Source of the DNA: Mytilus edulis
Taxonomy: Eukaryota
DNA: 64,000 nt
Assembly (NCBI RefSeq): GCF_963676685.1
Contig: NC_092345.1
Location: forward strand, 99,200,001-99,264,000
Reading direction: 5' to 3'
Within the stretch, counting starts at the first letter, position 1; each line of letters starts with the position of its first letter. The position numbers and the translations under genes were made by a program. Below are positions 39,686 to 53,823 of the stretch, one piece after another. The notes beneath the pieces are model-generated. The model saw nothing but the letters and a program-made list of their open reading frames with translations. It had not been told where the DNA came from and made no database searches.

Positions 39686-40160
39686 TAAAAAGTAAAATTA
39701 CAAAAATACTGAACTTAGAGGAAAATCAATTGGGAAAGTCCATAATCACATGGCAAAATCAAATAACAAAACGCATCAAAAACGAATGGACAAGAACTGT
39801 CCTATTCCTGACTTGGTACAGGCATTTTCAAATGTAGAAAATGGTGGATTAAACCTGGTTTTATAGCGCTAACCCTCTCACTTTGATGACAGTCTCATCA
39901 AATTCCGTTATATTTACATTGATGCGTTAACTAAACAGACACAATAAATAAAATAGTCAAAATATGGGTACATCAGTCATCATTGTATAACAATTTTAAA
40001 AGGAACAATTTAACAGAACACAAAAACATCTATCTACAAACACATTCATTGATTTGTGTGTCTGACGTCAAAAAAGTTTATACGTCACATAGATTTGTCG
40101 TTCAATGTGTAAACAAACAATTTAACTGACTGTCCAAGAGTACAATTCAAATAGAGCTTC
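39686..40160 (+). repeat. Abundant interspersed repeat (Penelope-associated terminal sequence)
   Basis: aaaagtaaaattacaaaaatactgaact...atggcaaaatcaaa...cctgacttggtacaggcatttt recurs at ~22040-22170. Shorter pieces lie at ~32770, ~40565, ~61520 and ~62680. Confidence 0.6.
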
Positions 40161-41803
40161 TTACAGAGGAATTGCTGGATAGGGACAATCTGATTAATTA
40201 CAATGTGTATGATGAGATCACAACAGATGTCAACCATGGTGTATAAAAAAGGAATACAAAGCAAAATATAGGTAGACATCTTTTATTACCTTTAAATGAA
40301 TAAGTAAAATTAATTAATATTGATCTCTTCATTACATAAATTATATAAATATGGAATATCAACATGATCAATTCTATACTGTAATGAAAGCACATATTTG
40401 TGGTGAGAAGAGTTTGACTCTGATCTTTAATGATAAAGATTCTCAGTGTATTTTGTTTTCTCTGAGTACACCAAATTCCATCACTAACATAAACTGTTTG
40501 CCATCATACAGCCAAGGGAATATAATGAAAGAGGCATTAAACGGACTTTCCGAATTGATTTTCCTCTGAGTTCAGTATTTTTGTGATTTTACTTTTTAAA
40601 CACCAACAAAAAATCTAATTTCTACAGTCCAATTTTTTTAATGAGGTGATTAAAACATCTGAATATCATGACAATTTTAGAACCTTTAATATTTTTCTTT
40701 CTGTCTATACTAAAGATAGATTTTACTGATGACAAAGTGACAGGAAAATACATGTAGAATGCCTAATTGTTTAACACTAATGCTGAAAAATTTAACAGAT
40801 TATTGTAATCACTAACAACATTTTTCTTGGTAAGGAAATTTCCATGGTGTGCTTTAAATAAAATCTCCTAAATAACATTTCCCTCTGTTTTTGGATTATC
40901 ATAGATATACTTTTGACCAAAGCATTTAATTTAGGTACATAAAGAATTAGGTACTGAACATTTCTGAAATTTTTATTGGCATTTTTTCACTGGCTTGGAG
41001 AAATTTGTTGAAATGAAATAGACCAATCCTCAGAGAAAGACAGACAGGGTAAATAATGCTATCCTCACAGTTTATATGTATAAATCATCTAAAAGACCAT
41101 AGAATGTATCTAATGGACAAATACAAATTATGACCAATAAATTTGTAAAAAACACAATTATGGCACTATTATCAAATATAACAGTTTATAAACATTTTCA
41201 TATCTTGATATAAAAATTCTTTCAGTAAAATCTGAACCAAATAAATAAAAACAAATATTATACAATGAACTATAGTATTGAGCCATCATTAATGGAACAA
41301 CTACTATAACTTCTGTGAAAAGGATTGTCTGCAATAGTATTGATTTTGTATGTATCTTACAAGTCTTTTTTCAATTTAAATTGTTATATTGATTCATATT
41401 CACAAAGTCATTTCTTCCTGTTTTCCTTTTTGTCTAGACATCTGTATTAAACCTGAATGTGTGTGGCACCAGGTAAGTGGTATCTATGGATATAGTTACT
41501 TGTATAATATAACTCTTAACAGAAGACAAAAATGAAAAAGAATAACTCAGCATAAGAAAAGGGTGGACTGTTGCCCAAATTGTATGCATCCATGATTAGA
41601 ATTACAATTGAGGGGAGTTTCTCGGTCATTCATCTCAAACCTTTTCTGCCAAAAGCATTTCTCAAGTTTCAAATCCAACATAACACACAGAAGTTTGAAC
41701 AATGGCAGACTAAGAGTAGTCTATGGTATATATCATTCATCCTTGAGACATCTGATACCATGGTTAATTGTTCATCTATGAAACAAATACTTTGGTATTT
41801 CAT

Positions 41804-44800
41804 TCAACGTTGTGACATCTGATATACAAACTGATTGCCAAATTTATCTCTTGCCTTTTTATTGTCTAATTCATCCAAGTCAGCTGCAACTCTTTTCATT
41901 GTAGACCTAAAAGGGAAGCACATTCATATAACATTGAGAATGGAGAATGTGTCAAAGAGACAACAACAAGTATGTTATATATGTAAATACAAATGTACTG
42001 AAATAACACATTAAATCACTAATGAGTATAACTTAGCCATAACAATATCCTTAAAACCCCTCCTAACTGAAAGATCAACTCTTTAATCATTGTAAAAAGT
42101 GCAGACACTGAAGCATGACAAAGTGACTTAATTGTTACTGTTTTACTTTGTAAGTATGTTGGTTGGTGTTTAACACTACTTACAGCAATCTTGGCTGTAT
42201 CATGTCAGCCAAGTTTTATTGAAGGAGGAAACAAAGTGTCAGAAGAGAACCACAAACCTTTGGTAGGCTATCCTTTAAATGTAATATATCAGATTCTGAT
42301 TCTGTATTATATTATATCATTCAATGTATTATATTATATCATTCAATGTATTATATTATATCATTCAATGTATTATATTATATCATTCAATGTATTATAT
42401 TATATCCTTTTGTGTACTATATTTTTCTTTTTACTGTATAATATCATGAATATTACCTTTTAAATATCTTCTTCTCCAATCTATTCCTTGATGTATTTTT
42501 AACCTCTGTAATATCTGTTAAGTTTGGATATTTTTTCTGTTTACCTTTACCTTTGCCTTTTCCTTTCTTTTTACCTTTACTAGAGCCTAGGTCTATCCCT
42601 AATGCTGCTTCAATATCGGCTTCTAGTTCTGGATCTCTCCAATAGGACTGGTCATTGCTTGTTACTACAATTACACAAATAGACATGAGGTCACAGCAAT
42701 ATATTTCTTGTAGAACATGTGATATTCATATCTTCTTTAAGCTCCCAATAGATGCCTTCGGTAATGACAATAACAATATTAACTAAAAACATGTCAAGAA
42801 TTGTGTAAATGTTTTAAGGCCGAAAAAGGTGAACAAGAGAACGCATCTGTAACAGCTAATTTTTCTTCTTCAGTTTTGACAATTTTGTTTTTACTATCAT
42901 ACTGCTCTAAACATTTTGACAAGTAATCATTGATGTGAACATCAACCTATTAAAATGAAGATATAAAACAGCTTGATAGTCAACTTTAGCAGGAGGTTAG
43001 AAGTGGCAAATTACCGTAAATATTTTGCTAAATTTGAAACTTCTCCCTCTTGAATATTTCCATCACCTATATCTATATGGATACATTAACGTTGCAATGA
43101 TATGAAAAGATAAAATTATGGATAAATGTGCATTGGTGGAAATGTGAGGGAAAATCTAAGCAATTAACTGTACATTAATTTATTATACAGTGATTCAAAT
43201 AAACTGAAAATAGTCTTTGTCATCATTAGATAAACTTATCTTACTATCAATATCATCATGTTGACTAGACAGAGAGGCTATGTCTTTTGGATCAGTCGGC
43301 TGTCCTGAGTCATTTCTGGCTATTATCTTTCCATGGAATGGACACTACAAAAAATACAAACATACAAAGTTGTTTTAGTTCAATAATCTATTGACAACCA
43401 GTTTTTAAAACATTTCTGTTAATATGTTTACTTATGTTAAAAACTTTAGTAAAGGTATCAAACGTTCACATATTTTGAAAGAATTCCTTCAATAGAGGTA
43501 CTTTGTAATACTTTATACATCATTCAACAGTGATACCAAGTATCAGCAAAGATTTAACTACCCGTTATAAACGTACCTTAAATCTATCCATTCTTTCACA
43601 AAACTTTCCATTAGGCATAGGAGCTCTACATTTCCACTTTACAGCTTCAAATTTTCCTGCAAAACTTATGCTTCTATTCTTAAGTGCTGCCAAGCCATCC
43701 TGTTCAAAACATGTGAAGATTTTATATGTTAGCAAATTACATTTAAATGCGCTAGTGTACAATTGACAAATATAACTACATTTATGTTCAGCATACACCA
43801 CATATAGTTCAAAGTAACAGAAAACAGGAAATATGTGTCTGACAGATAAAATAGTAGCACACACTTTACAATAAATGTATTTACACTATTATTTAGCTGA
43901 ATTTTGTCTCTGAATGACCTTAACCTCCTAATAACCTTATGACGTCAAGCAACAGGAACTTTCTCTGAATGACCTTAACCTGCTCCTAATAACCTTATGA
44001 CGTCAAGCAACAGGCACTTTCTCTGAATGACCTTAACCTGCTCCTAATAACCTTATGACATCAGGCAACAGGCACTTTCTCTGAATGACCTTAACCTGCT
44101 CCCAATAACCTCATGACGTCAAGTAACAGGCACTTTTTAATCTGAATGACCTTAACCTGCTCCTTATAACCGTCAGCAACAGGCACTTTTTAATTGTGAT
44201 ACAAACTTATAAAATTGTGATGTAAAAGTTTAAGGGAACTTGTGTGATTTGACGTAATGGCGGACAAATTTGTATACAAGTGTAAATACGTCTATTCATC
44301 TCTATTAAGTTGCTGAGCAGATGTAAAGTTATTCTGTCAAGTATTTGATAGGGAACAAAATTGTCAAGGTGAGGGCAAAATATGAAGTCTATCTATTTAG
44401 CAATTTTTGAGAAAAGAGTCATTTAAAAAATATTGAATGGTCTTTCAAGGGCAATAACTTCTAAAAGGAGTCTATGACAATTTCATTATGTTGTCTTATT
44501 TGTATTTATTATATACTTAGCATTGATATGATAGCTTTTGCTATGTGTAATGAACAGAAGTACACAAGCCATAATTTCGAACCAGGGCTGATAACCCATA
44601 TCAGTGGCATCTCGTGCACAAAACCATAACAGTGCCCCATGTGCAAGTTACTTTCGATATTTCCGGTATTGTCTGTTTCATTTTCCATTGTAACGTCAGA
44701 TATTTTTTATTATGATGTCAACATTTTACGGGAACTCGACTTCTTCTTGGGCTGATATGGGGGTCTCTGGACGATACCTGGGCCGATATGAAAGGGCCAT

Positions 44801-47800
44801 GTATTAATCTCTATATATCTTATTCTGCTGATAATTTTTACTATTAACAGTTTCAATCTACTGCAAGATTATCGAACACATTTTTAAAATAGATATCTGA
44901 AGGATGATTATGATCATGTGTTGTTCAAATTGGACTGGTAGTTTCATAGACAGTTTTTGTGAAAGTTGCAAGCAATACGACTCCAAGTGATGAAAATATG
45001 TTGCATGATCCTTTAGGCCAAGTGAGCTAAAAAGGAATTGCTGGCGAAATAAAGCAGCTTCCCCAATAACAGAAAACATTGACCTCTACATAATGACCTC
45101 TACATACTTGGTCAGCTTTAGATTCCCCATTATCACGTTCCGTATACGCCCACACTGTATTTAGCCAATCATAACTGTAAATAAAAATTTAATTCAGAAA
45201 TTATTGCAATGATTTTATTTATGCAAAAGATGAGAAATGCATAAACTCTCATTCATAATTGAGAAGCAATATTTTTTTCACAAAATTGGTCCAAGCAGAT
45301 TGATAAGATTACAATTTTTTGACAGTGGTGCAGGATTTGCAATTATAAATGCATGAACTAATTTCTGAATTGACAGTAAAGAAATATATTCTACAAGTGA
45401 CTGAACAAAACATTATTTCTTAAATTCTGTTTTGTCTGGGCTCTTCCAGTGTTTGTAAAACAACTTACTTAACAACCATTGGAGCCTCCATTTTGTCTGG
45501 ATTTTCCCAGTGTTCTAAGTCTACTCCATATGGTACTACTGGTGCCTTCTCCAACAGTTTGTCTTTTTGTGAGTCTCCACTGACTTGTAATGGTACTTTA
45601 GGTTTGGACTGGTTACTTGTTGCTGATGTACTACAATTACAAAGATGTCAATTTTTACTTAATGTACAGAAATAAAGTTCACTATCTTTAAGTTATTATA
45701 AATTCTTTTACCCTTTGCTTTGAACAAATATATGTGAATCAGAAGATTATTTATATGCCATTAAATGCAATGCTGGAATGTCAAATGGAAACCACAAGAA
45801 AGAAAATATAATTAATGGTTTAATCTAAAAAAAGACCATTTAAATGGTTATTATTACTGACCAATAACTGATTGCTTGGATAGAAAGATAAATGGTGATA
45901 ATTACTGACCAATATATAACTTATTGCTTGGATAGAAAGAATAGTTTTTTTTTTAAATATCTACTTTATCTAACAAAGTTACAGCTGTATGTTGACATAT
46001 CCTTTAATTTATTTCAAGCTAGCCATATATTATCATACCTAGAGGTTTGTTGGTGTAAACGAGCAAAGTTAGCTAGCCATATATTATCATACCTAGAGGT
46101 TTTTTGGTGTAAACGAGCAAAGTTAGCTAGCCATATATTATCATACCTAAAGGTTTGTTGGTGTAAACAAGCAAAGTTAGCTAGCCATATATTATCATAC
46201 CTAGAGGTTTGTTGTTGTAAACGAGCAAAGTTAGCTTTCATTGTGGTTGGATCACTTTCTGGTTTCTGTTCTATTGTTTTAGACAGACTCCAGAAACCAG
46301 AGGTATTCTTGCTTGTACTGGCTTTGGGTTTTTGTGTAACAGTCTCTGATCTTGTTGATGTTGGCAATGGGTCTAATCCTAAAAAGTAAGTAGGAAGATC
46401 TATAAACAAGTAGTTTAATTGAGTACTGGATATGTTTAAAAAAAAAAAAAAAAAATTAATTGGAAAGATTTTTTGTTTTTTTGTTTTTGTTCCATTCAGT
46501 AATTCAACTGTTATGTCAAACTATCAAAGTACTGGTTTATGTGTTTAGAAATTTGTTAAAGTAAATTATGTAAACCTATATTTTAGATAAAAAATATCTA
46601 TTGTAAATTATGCCATATTTGTTTCAGAAATACCATATTCAGCTCTTTTGTGTGGAGGTATAGTTGGTTCATATCCTTCTTTCTCAGGAACATCTTCAAA
46701 GTCATCATCACTATCATCTATAAAACAAAATATTCATTTTAATGGCAGTTATCAGATGCATGTATTATCTAAGGAAGAAGTCAACCTTTCCAGACAACAT
46801 AATAATATTTTGATAATACAAACTGTTTCCCTTTAGGTTAATTATTTGTGTTTTAGATATCTGTCAAAAATTTCAACCTTCTTAAATAATGTAAATTTAA
46901 GCTTGTCATTAATGAAATATTGCACATCTGTTCCTTTGGAACAAACAGTGTCCATTTGGCTCTGCTGTATGTATAAATTACAGACTTGTTTGGTGATACT
47001 GATAAGAATATTGAATCTGATGCCTTGAGCAGAGAGTGACATGCTCTCTGTTCATTAAAGAAGCCTTGCAACAACTCTTTAAGGAAATGGTATGGCCTGT
47101 TACAACCATTTAAAATTTTTCTCCTTCTGAAGATGAATGAAATATTTCCCCCTGATTATAAAGCAAATAACAATCAACCAATCAGTTAGCTGAGGTGACC
47201 AGAAGTGTATGGTCAAGAATTGATACCTTATACTAGATGAAGAAATTCACAGTTTAATCTTTCTCATTTATGCATAAAGGAAGTGTTTCAATGAAACCAA
47301 AACTGGTGCATGTAGTCAATCAATGATTTATAAAACGGTGATTTGATTACCTTCCATCTCTACATCAGGTTTATCATCAGGTATAATGTTCATCTCGTTA
47401 TACTTAGACAATAAACTATCCAGGTCAGTTTTAACGTCTATCACACTCTTTGTTAGATCTTCTTTATCTCCATACTTTGTCAGATTCTGTACAATATTAT
47501 AATAAATCAGGAATTATAAATATTTTTAACAAATACTGAAATGCAATAAGAACAGATAAATGTGAAGTGCATTCATTCATTGATTTATTCAAAACTAAAA
47601 TTAAGCAACATCAGAACACAGTTAACAATATGTTCTCTACTTTACATTTGTAGAACTATGATTCCATTATAACGTTTGCTTAGTTACACTTAAAAATATA
47701 CATGTATAGCATTCACAATAAGGTATAACGGCATCACAAATGATACATAACATTCTAACTTTACCATAATTCACATAGGTGAATTAATTATAGGTGAAAA

Positions 47801-50800
47801 GCAATCTCAAAAACACGAACATAGCTACTGTTCTTTATAATAATACATTAAATACTTGTACAATTATCCCAACTGATACAAAATATGAAGGTAGCAGCTT
47901 TATTATCATAATATTAACTTTACCTGTATCCATTTATTGACAATTGGTTTATATTTAGTAACAATCAGTCTATAATGATCTTTAAGTGTCTGGAGTAGAT
48001 CTTTGTTATCGTCTGTTTCCTGCAGCGACACGACACCTGGTGTCATATCTATAGATAGATTATATTTAAAACTGTGTAGCCCATGTTCCTGTAGGACGTT
48101 CTCTTCCTCATCACTTTCACTATCATCGTCCATTTCATTCTCGGTACAATTTTCATCACTTTCAGAATCATTATAGACAGAATTACTTCCCTTGATGGAA
48201 GAACTGTTTGTTTTATCATCCGTAGCTATATCCTCACTACAATTTTCACTTTTAATTTTACTAGTTAATGTACCAATGGGTTTATCATTATCATTTTTAC
48301 TACTAATACATGTGGATATATTATTAATTTCCAAGTCTGATGAATCTTTCACCTCACATTCTGGTTGATTACTGTTTGAACCAGAAGTCAGATCATCGTC
48401 GGTTGTTGTAGTCACTTTATCACCATCTGTCTCTGTACAGGTTTTTGATGATTCACCATCTGTCTCTGTACAGGTTTTTGATGATTCACCATCTGTCACT
48501 GTACAGGTTTTTGATAATTCTCCATCTATGACTGTACAAGTTTTTGATGATTCGCCATCTGTCTCTGTACAGGTTTTTGATGATTCACCATCTGTCACTG
48601 TACAGGTTTTAGATGATTCGCCATCTGTAACTGTACAGGTTGCAGTTCTACTATTCTCAACACATGATTTTGTTATTGAACTTGTGTCATCCTCTCCTGT
48701 CTCGATGAAGAAATCATCAGGACTAGGTAATATCAACTGGAAACCAGTTTTTGCTTCTGTTATAGTATTCTTGATGTCTTCTAGCATTTCTGTAAGATGA
48801 TTTAATAAAGGGTTACTGTTAAAGTAATGGTGAAAATATACATTAAAGTGAGTACTGTAAATTCCAAAATAATTGTGTGCAAAAATTACTTAATCATTGA
48901 TTCTAGACAATAATCCTGTTTAATTAATGTAAAAAATTTAAAAATGCAACTTTAAATTATTTCGATCATAACTCTGTCACTAATTTTTTTACAATAATAA
49001 AACATTGCAATATTTTCTGATTTTACATTATATGTTTGAGAATGAAAAATAATTTTGTACAGCGTTTAACTTTAAAGATTTATGTAAAGTATAAATAGTC
49101 TATAGTACAAAATCATTCTATAAACTTTGGATTTTATTCTTCACCGGGATAGGTTTGAAAGGGGACATGTCCCTCTATGAAGCAAATATGAATAATGCAT
49201 ATATTTGAAGAGATAAGATCTCAAGCAATTCTAAATTAGTTCATAATGGAAGAGGATGCAATTAATAAACAAAAAACTAGATTAAATCAGTCAAATGAAG
49301 TAGAAATTTCCATTTACTGACCATTCATTTGTTCTAATGTCTTCTCCATTCTTTCTTTGGCAATTTTCTTCAGTTTCTCCTCTTTCTCCTTTTCTTGTTT
49401 TTGCTGTAGTTCAGTTCTTGATCTAATGCCATTAAAATCAATCTAAAACATTTTGATTATATTGTAATTATCTTATAAAATACTTGTATAAAATAAACCT
49501 ATAAACTTAAATTTACAATCATAAAAGTTGTTAACAAGAAAACATCCATTAAATCATAAAACCCTTTTCAATATTGAATTACTTATCAAAATTGCTATAG
49601 GATTTGGTTTATTGATATGAATGCTGCTTACATGCATTATTTTGAACCTAGATAATTATAAAAATTAATCAAAAATTTATAAAAGATTAATTAAACCATC
49701 AATTTTTTTTATGAAACATTACAATCAACTGTTACAATAATACTTTTTTAATATACCTCTTTATGGTTTTGTGTTTTTAGCATTTTACGAAAAGTTTTCA
49801 ACTATGTATAACTTGAGGTCGTATTGAGGAGGAGTTCCTCCACCATTTTGCATTATAAAATGGAGAAAAGAGCTAGATTTTCAATGAAAAAAGCAGGACT
49901 GCAATTCATTTGTTACTTTCATTAAATTGAGGAAAAGAACATGATTTTATAATATTATTTTGACTATTCTTCTTTAAATAATTGATTGAAAATTCTTTAA
50001 ACTTTTCCTTATAAGAGGAGATAACCCAGATAATCTTAATATTTAATAAAGGAATAAATTGATTTTTTTTGGAATTACAGCAAGAATTAAATATATTCTA
50101 ATAATACAAAGCATTCTATAAGAAGCTATATATATCTTCTCATATTTTATTTAAAATTTCTGTCATTTAGTTTTCTTTTTATTCACATAATAATACTCTT
50201 CACAATATAATCCAACCTTTTTGCAAGTTTTGAGGAAATTGAATCCCAGAGTGAGTCTTTTGTATTCCTCCCCAAACTTATCATACCACTTCTGTATGGC
50301 TGAGTAAGCACTAGACTTCAATAAATCACTGGCGGCTTTAGGTGGAGGTAAAGGATTATCATAATCTGTTTCTGTAATGTCAGAAAAACTCATCTATTAT
50401 AATAATACAATAACAATATCCACGAAGACTAAATATTACAAACATCATCAAAGAGTCAAGTTTTAACCAAGTAAAATAAACAAAAGTTCAATGCAACAAT
50501 TTAAAGTACAGTCTTCATAACATAATCCAACTAATCTATCATTTTGATGATGATGGGTGTTTATGACCTTGACAGGCTATCCAGTCCTCGCATGGTTGGT
50601 CAGTCTCATGTTAAATATGCGAGACCATTTTTAAGGTGTACACAGCATTTTTGGTTATGTCTATCACTGTGTTTAATTTCCCCAAATATAAGTGGTCAGT
50701 TAAGGTTGATAAATTAAAGGAGGGGTGTATGCCAATGAGACAGTAACTTAACAACATAAAATACCAACATGTAGACAAAAACTTTTTCTGATGTGATGAA

Positions 50801-51792
50801 AGTAGATTTGAGATGGGACGCAATATTAGTACTCACCAACTGTAAGTTCTAAGAAATGTTGAAAGTTAGAAATAAGTAGTTCTCTGAAGCAGTGGGATCT
50901 GTTGAATAATTCCTCTATCATTTGGAAAGCTGATAGTCTTATCTCTGAATGTCCTTTCTCAAGCTGAGTAATCAAAAGGTGATATGCTTGTTCACAATAC
51001 AAAGATGATACTCTGAAAAAAAACCAGGTGAAACAAAGTATATAATTTTATCTGCTTGTATTACACATTTTACTTGTCACAAAGAAAACACTCATCTGGT
51101 TTTAAATGTTTATTGATATCTTGAAAGTGATACCTATCATTTGTGAACAATTATGTCATACTTATAGCAGGACAAAAACTGTTTCTCATATTTGTCTTTG
51201 TAAGAGACTATTTAATATCAGCATACAAACAATCTGAAGTATGCGTCATGGTTATTCTAAAAAAAATGTGTCCTAAACAATAAAACTGGTATCAAAGTTT
51301 ATAGCTATGCATTTGTACATTATTCTCAAAGTTTAGGAGGATCTTGCAAAAACACTTTATATTTCTCTTAAATATATTTATGAAAGCTGCAATTGAATGT
51401 TCAATTTTCTTATTTGTTTTCCTTTCTCTCTTTGGATATAACTTTGCATCTAAATTAAATGTATATCATATCCATGTATCCTCCGGGTGCGGGAATTTCT
51501 CGCTACATTGAAGACCTGTTGGTGACCCTCTGCTGTTGTTTTTTATTTGGGCAGGTTGTTGTCTCTTTGACACATTCCCCTTTTCCATTCTCAATTTTAT
51601 ATGTACCTATATCTATTGTATATTGTTCATTGTTAAGTAAATATAATGCAGAATATCCTACCTGCAAATTTTCTTGAAACTTTTCATGATATCAGGATTT
51701 AAGGCTGGTCTTCCACTGGTTGTTAATTCCTCAACATATTTGGCCATCTCCTGACATAAAGTATGGTCAAGCACCTCAGATTCCTTCGCCAT
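41804..51792 (-). CDS. UVSSA: UV-stimulated scaffold protein A (~869 aa; exons 51792-51662, 51012-50837, 50371-50217, 49442-49322, 48789-47924, 47486-47351, 46717-46634, 46378-46201, 45630-45469, 45174-45108, 43699-43577, 43344-43245, 42664-42457, 41906-41804)
   Basis: VHS-like N-terminus (YVEELTTSG...[23 protein letters not shown]...NPLPPPK...WYDKFG). [13 protein letters not shown] motif. Zn-finger [38 protein letters not shown]-terminus YPNLTDI...RLEKKIF...KFGNQF. All 13 introns are GT-AG with consistent phases (2610 nt CDS). Confidence 0.95.
42303..42405. repeat. 22-bp AT-rich tandem repeat (~4.5 copies) in UVSSA intron
   Basis: Unit tattatattatatcattcaatg. Confidence 0.9.
43908..44190. 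repeat. 58-bp tandem repeat x5 in UVSSA intron
   Basis: Unit tctgaatgaccttaacctgctcctaataaccttatgacgtcaagcaacaggcactttc. Copies start at ~43909, 43964, 44022, 44080 and ~44141. Confidence 0.95.
46017..46236 (-). repeat. 54-bp tandem repeat x4 spanning a UVSSA exon/intron boundary
   Basis: Each unit contains AG|GTATGA. Possible exon ends at 46201, 46147, 46093 and 46039. Confidence 0.95.
48422..48640 (-). repeat. Coding 33-bp repeat (TCT[VE]TDGESSK x~7) inside UVSSA exon 5
   Basis: Visible in ORF 47906-48787. Confidence 0.95.
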
Positions 51793-52511
51793 GCTTACTT
51801 TTTAATGCACACAGCTAAAAATAAATGAAAACTCTATTTAAGCACAAACTTAAATGAACATACATTGTACAACAAAATGAACATGATAAATTCTTATTAT
51901 TAAATAAACATTCACAGCTAGGATGTAGCTATCATAATTAGCAGGACACAAATATGAATTAAGTTTTCTAAATAAGGTAGAGAATTTTGTTGCTTAAAAG
52001 TAAATTGTATGATTTTACAATTTGTAGGCATTCAATAAAAATTGAATTTAACAATAAGGTACATTTAATTAAACCAACAAACTTTATTTTTATTAAACCT
52101 TCTTGTTCATGTTTTTGCAATTGGCTAGAGGTACAAAATGTATTTTACATGATTAATATTCAAAAAATTTCTGAGCATTCACAAGTTTATGCCTTCTTGT
52201 ACTGTTTATATTTGCTGAATGAAACCTACTCATTTTTCATCTATTTGGTTATACATTTGTACTAAGACTACTAGTCTCAGATTTGTATGAGCTCTTGTCA
52301 GGAGCTTGTAATTATTTGGTTGTTCTTCAAACTGATTTAACCACACCACATTTTATCTGTGCCTATCTAAAGTTTTGCCTGTTTCAGTTTACAGAATGAA
52401 ACAGTAGATGCAAAAGTCACTGTTCTGAAGAAAGGTAGTAAATATAAAATAAGCAATTTCTGTGGACAGTCATATCAGAAAATCACTTCAGATCCAGAAT
52501 TTCAAAAGAGA

Positions 52512-52670
52512 TACACCTTATCGCTATTTCTCCGCCATTGCTGGATATCACACAGGTTCCTGTAAAATATTGACGTCATAAAACAAAATATCTGACGCCA
52601 CAATGGAAAAGTGATTGTTGTTGTCAAAAGTTCAAGCGGCCGGGTCAGCCGGGATTAGCGATAAGGTGTA
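52512..52670. mobile_element. Small TA-flanked MITE
   Basis: TACACCTTATCGCTA...TAGCGATAAGGTGTA. Confidence 0.75.
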
Positions 52671-52741
52671 TTATAAATAAAGGTGTCTTACCTTTTTCCT
52701 TACATAGTTTTGTTCATAGCACATCACTAGATGTTCATGAA

Positions 52742-53073
52742 GTTCTGTCAATAGTAAAATAAATTGCTAATGGGAAGAAAATAGTGTATGTATATATAAT
52801 AGGGCTCTTCACGGTTAGTTCGGCCATATTGGATAGGGGGCAGATTTTTTGGAAGGAGGTGAAAATGGTATGAAAGTGTGGGAAATCCTATGTGTGTTTC
52901 CAAGCAACAGCTCTGTTTTAATGATGTTTTCCCGTATTTTTCACACCATTTTTACCTCTATTATGAAAATCTGCCCCCTATCCAATATGGCCGAACTAAC
53001 CGTGAAGAGCCCTATTATATGGATACTATTTTCTTCCCATTGCCAATATTTTATTACTTAGTATTGACAGAAC
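52742..53073. mobile_element. Nested palindromic MITEs upstream of the UVSSA ATG
   Basis: Outer arms gttctgtcaata...aatgggaagaaaatagt / actattttcttcccatt...tattgacagaac. Inner ~55-bp arms tataatagggctcttcacggttagttcggccatattggataggggg. Confidence 0.8.
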
Positions 53074-53823
53074 GTATAGTGCCTGTGTTCATAGTTTGAA
53101 AAGTTGAGCTTAGTAATGTAAGTCAAAACATTTCAAATTGAGGATGTTTTCATAGATTGTTCTGCTCCTGTCATTTAAAATGGCAATAATCAACATACAG
53201 TCAAACTGAAAATTAATGCTTTGACTTTTTTTTTTTTATCAAATCACGAATGTTTAACAAAGAAAATAACAGCTGTGTGATTTTATTTAATTCTTGATTG
53301 AATTTTGGACTCTCGATTTATTTTTCTTACTGGAAACCAGCTTGTTAAAAACAGCCTTGATTTGTCAGTTATTTTAAATGAATGATAATGCTGTCCGACT
53401 GATCTGGCTCAGCATTTTGATATTTTTGTAAACAGGAAGTTGTGAAATGTTACTAGTATACATATAATTCCGGAAACGTTGTGAATTTCGGCCCATAACA
53501 TTTTTTTTCTCAGTTCGCCACCTGCCCAGTTACATGATTCCGATATTTCCATTTTAACCAACCAGTCAATCATTCAATCAATTAGTGTGAGTTCGAGGTC
53601 TATTGGTTAAGAACGATGGCTACTGTTGATGATACCTTTGTAAATACGCGTGATTTTGACCAAGCGATGGTAATGTTTTTTTAAGAGAAGTAACGGTTTT
53701 AATTTTTATTTCGCTAATTTTATTATGAGTATAGCAAGATTTAGTATCTATAAAAGAAGAAATTCCGTATTTTTGAATACCCAAGTTAAACTGATTTTAG
53801 TCATTAGATATCTCTCACTAAGT

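Noticed and set aside
45892-46389. 165-aa plus-strand repetitive ORF
   Set aside because: Antisense shadow of UVSSA exon 8 and its 54-bp repeat.
48422-48640. Insect-type TCT antifreeze protein
   Set aside because: The repeat is 11 aa with a single Cys and lies in frame within nuclear UVSSA, with no signal peptide.
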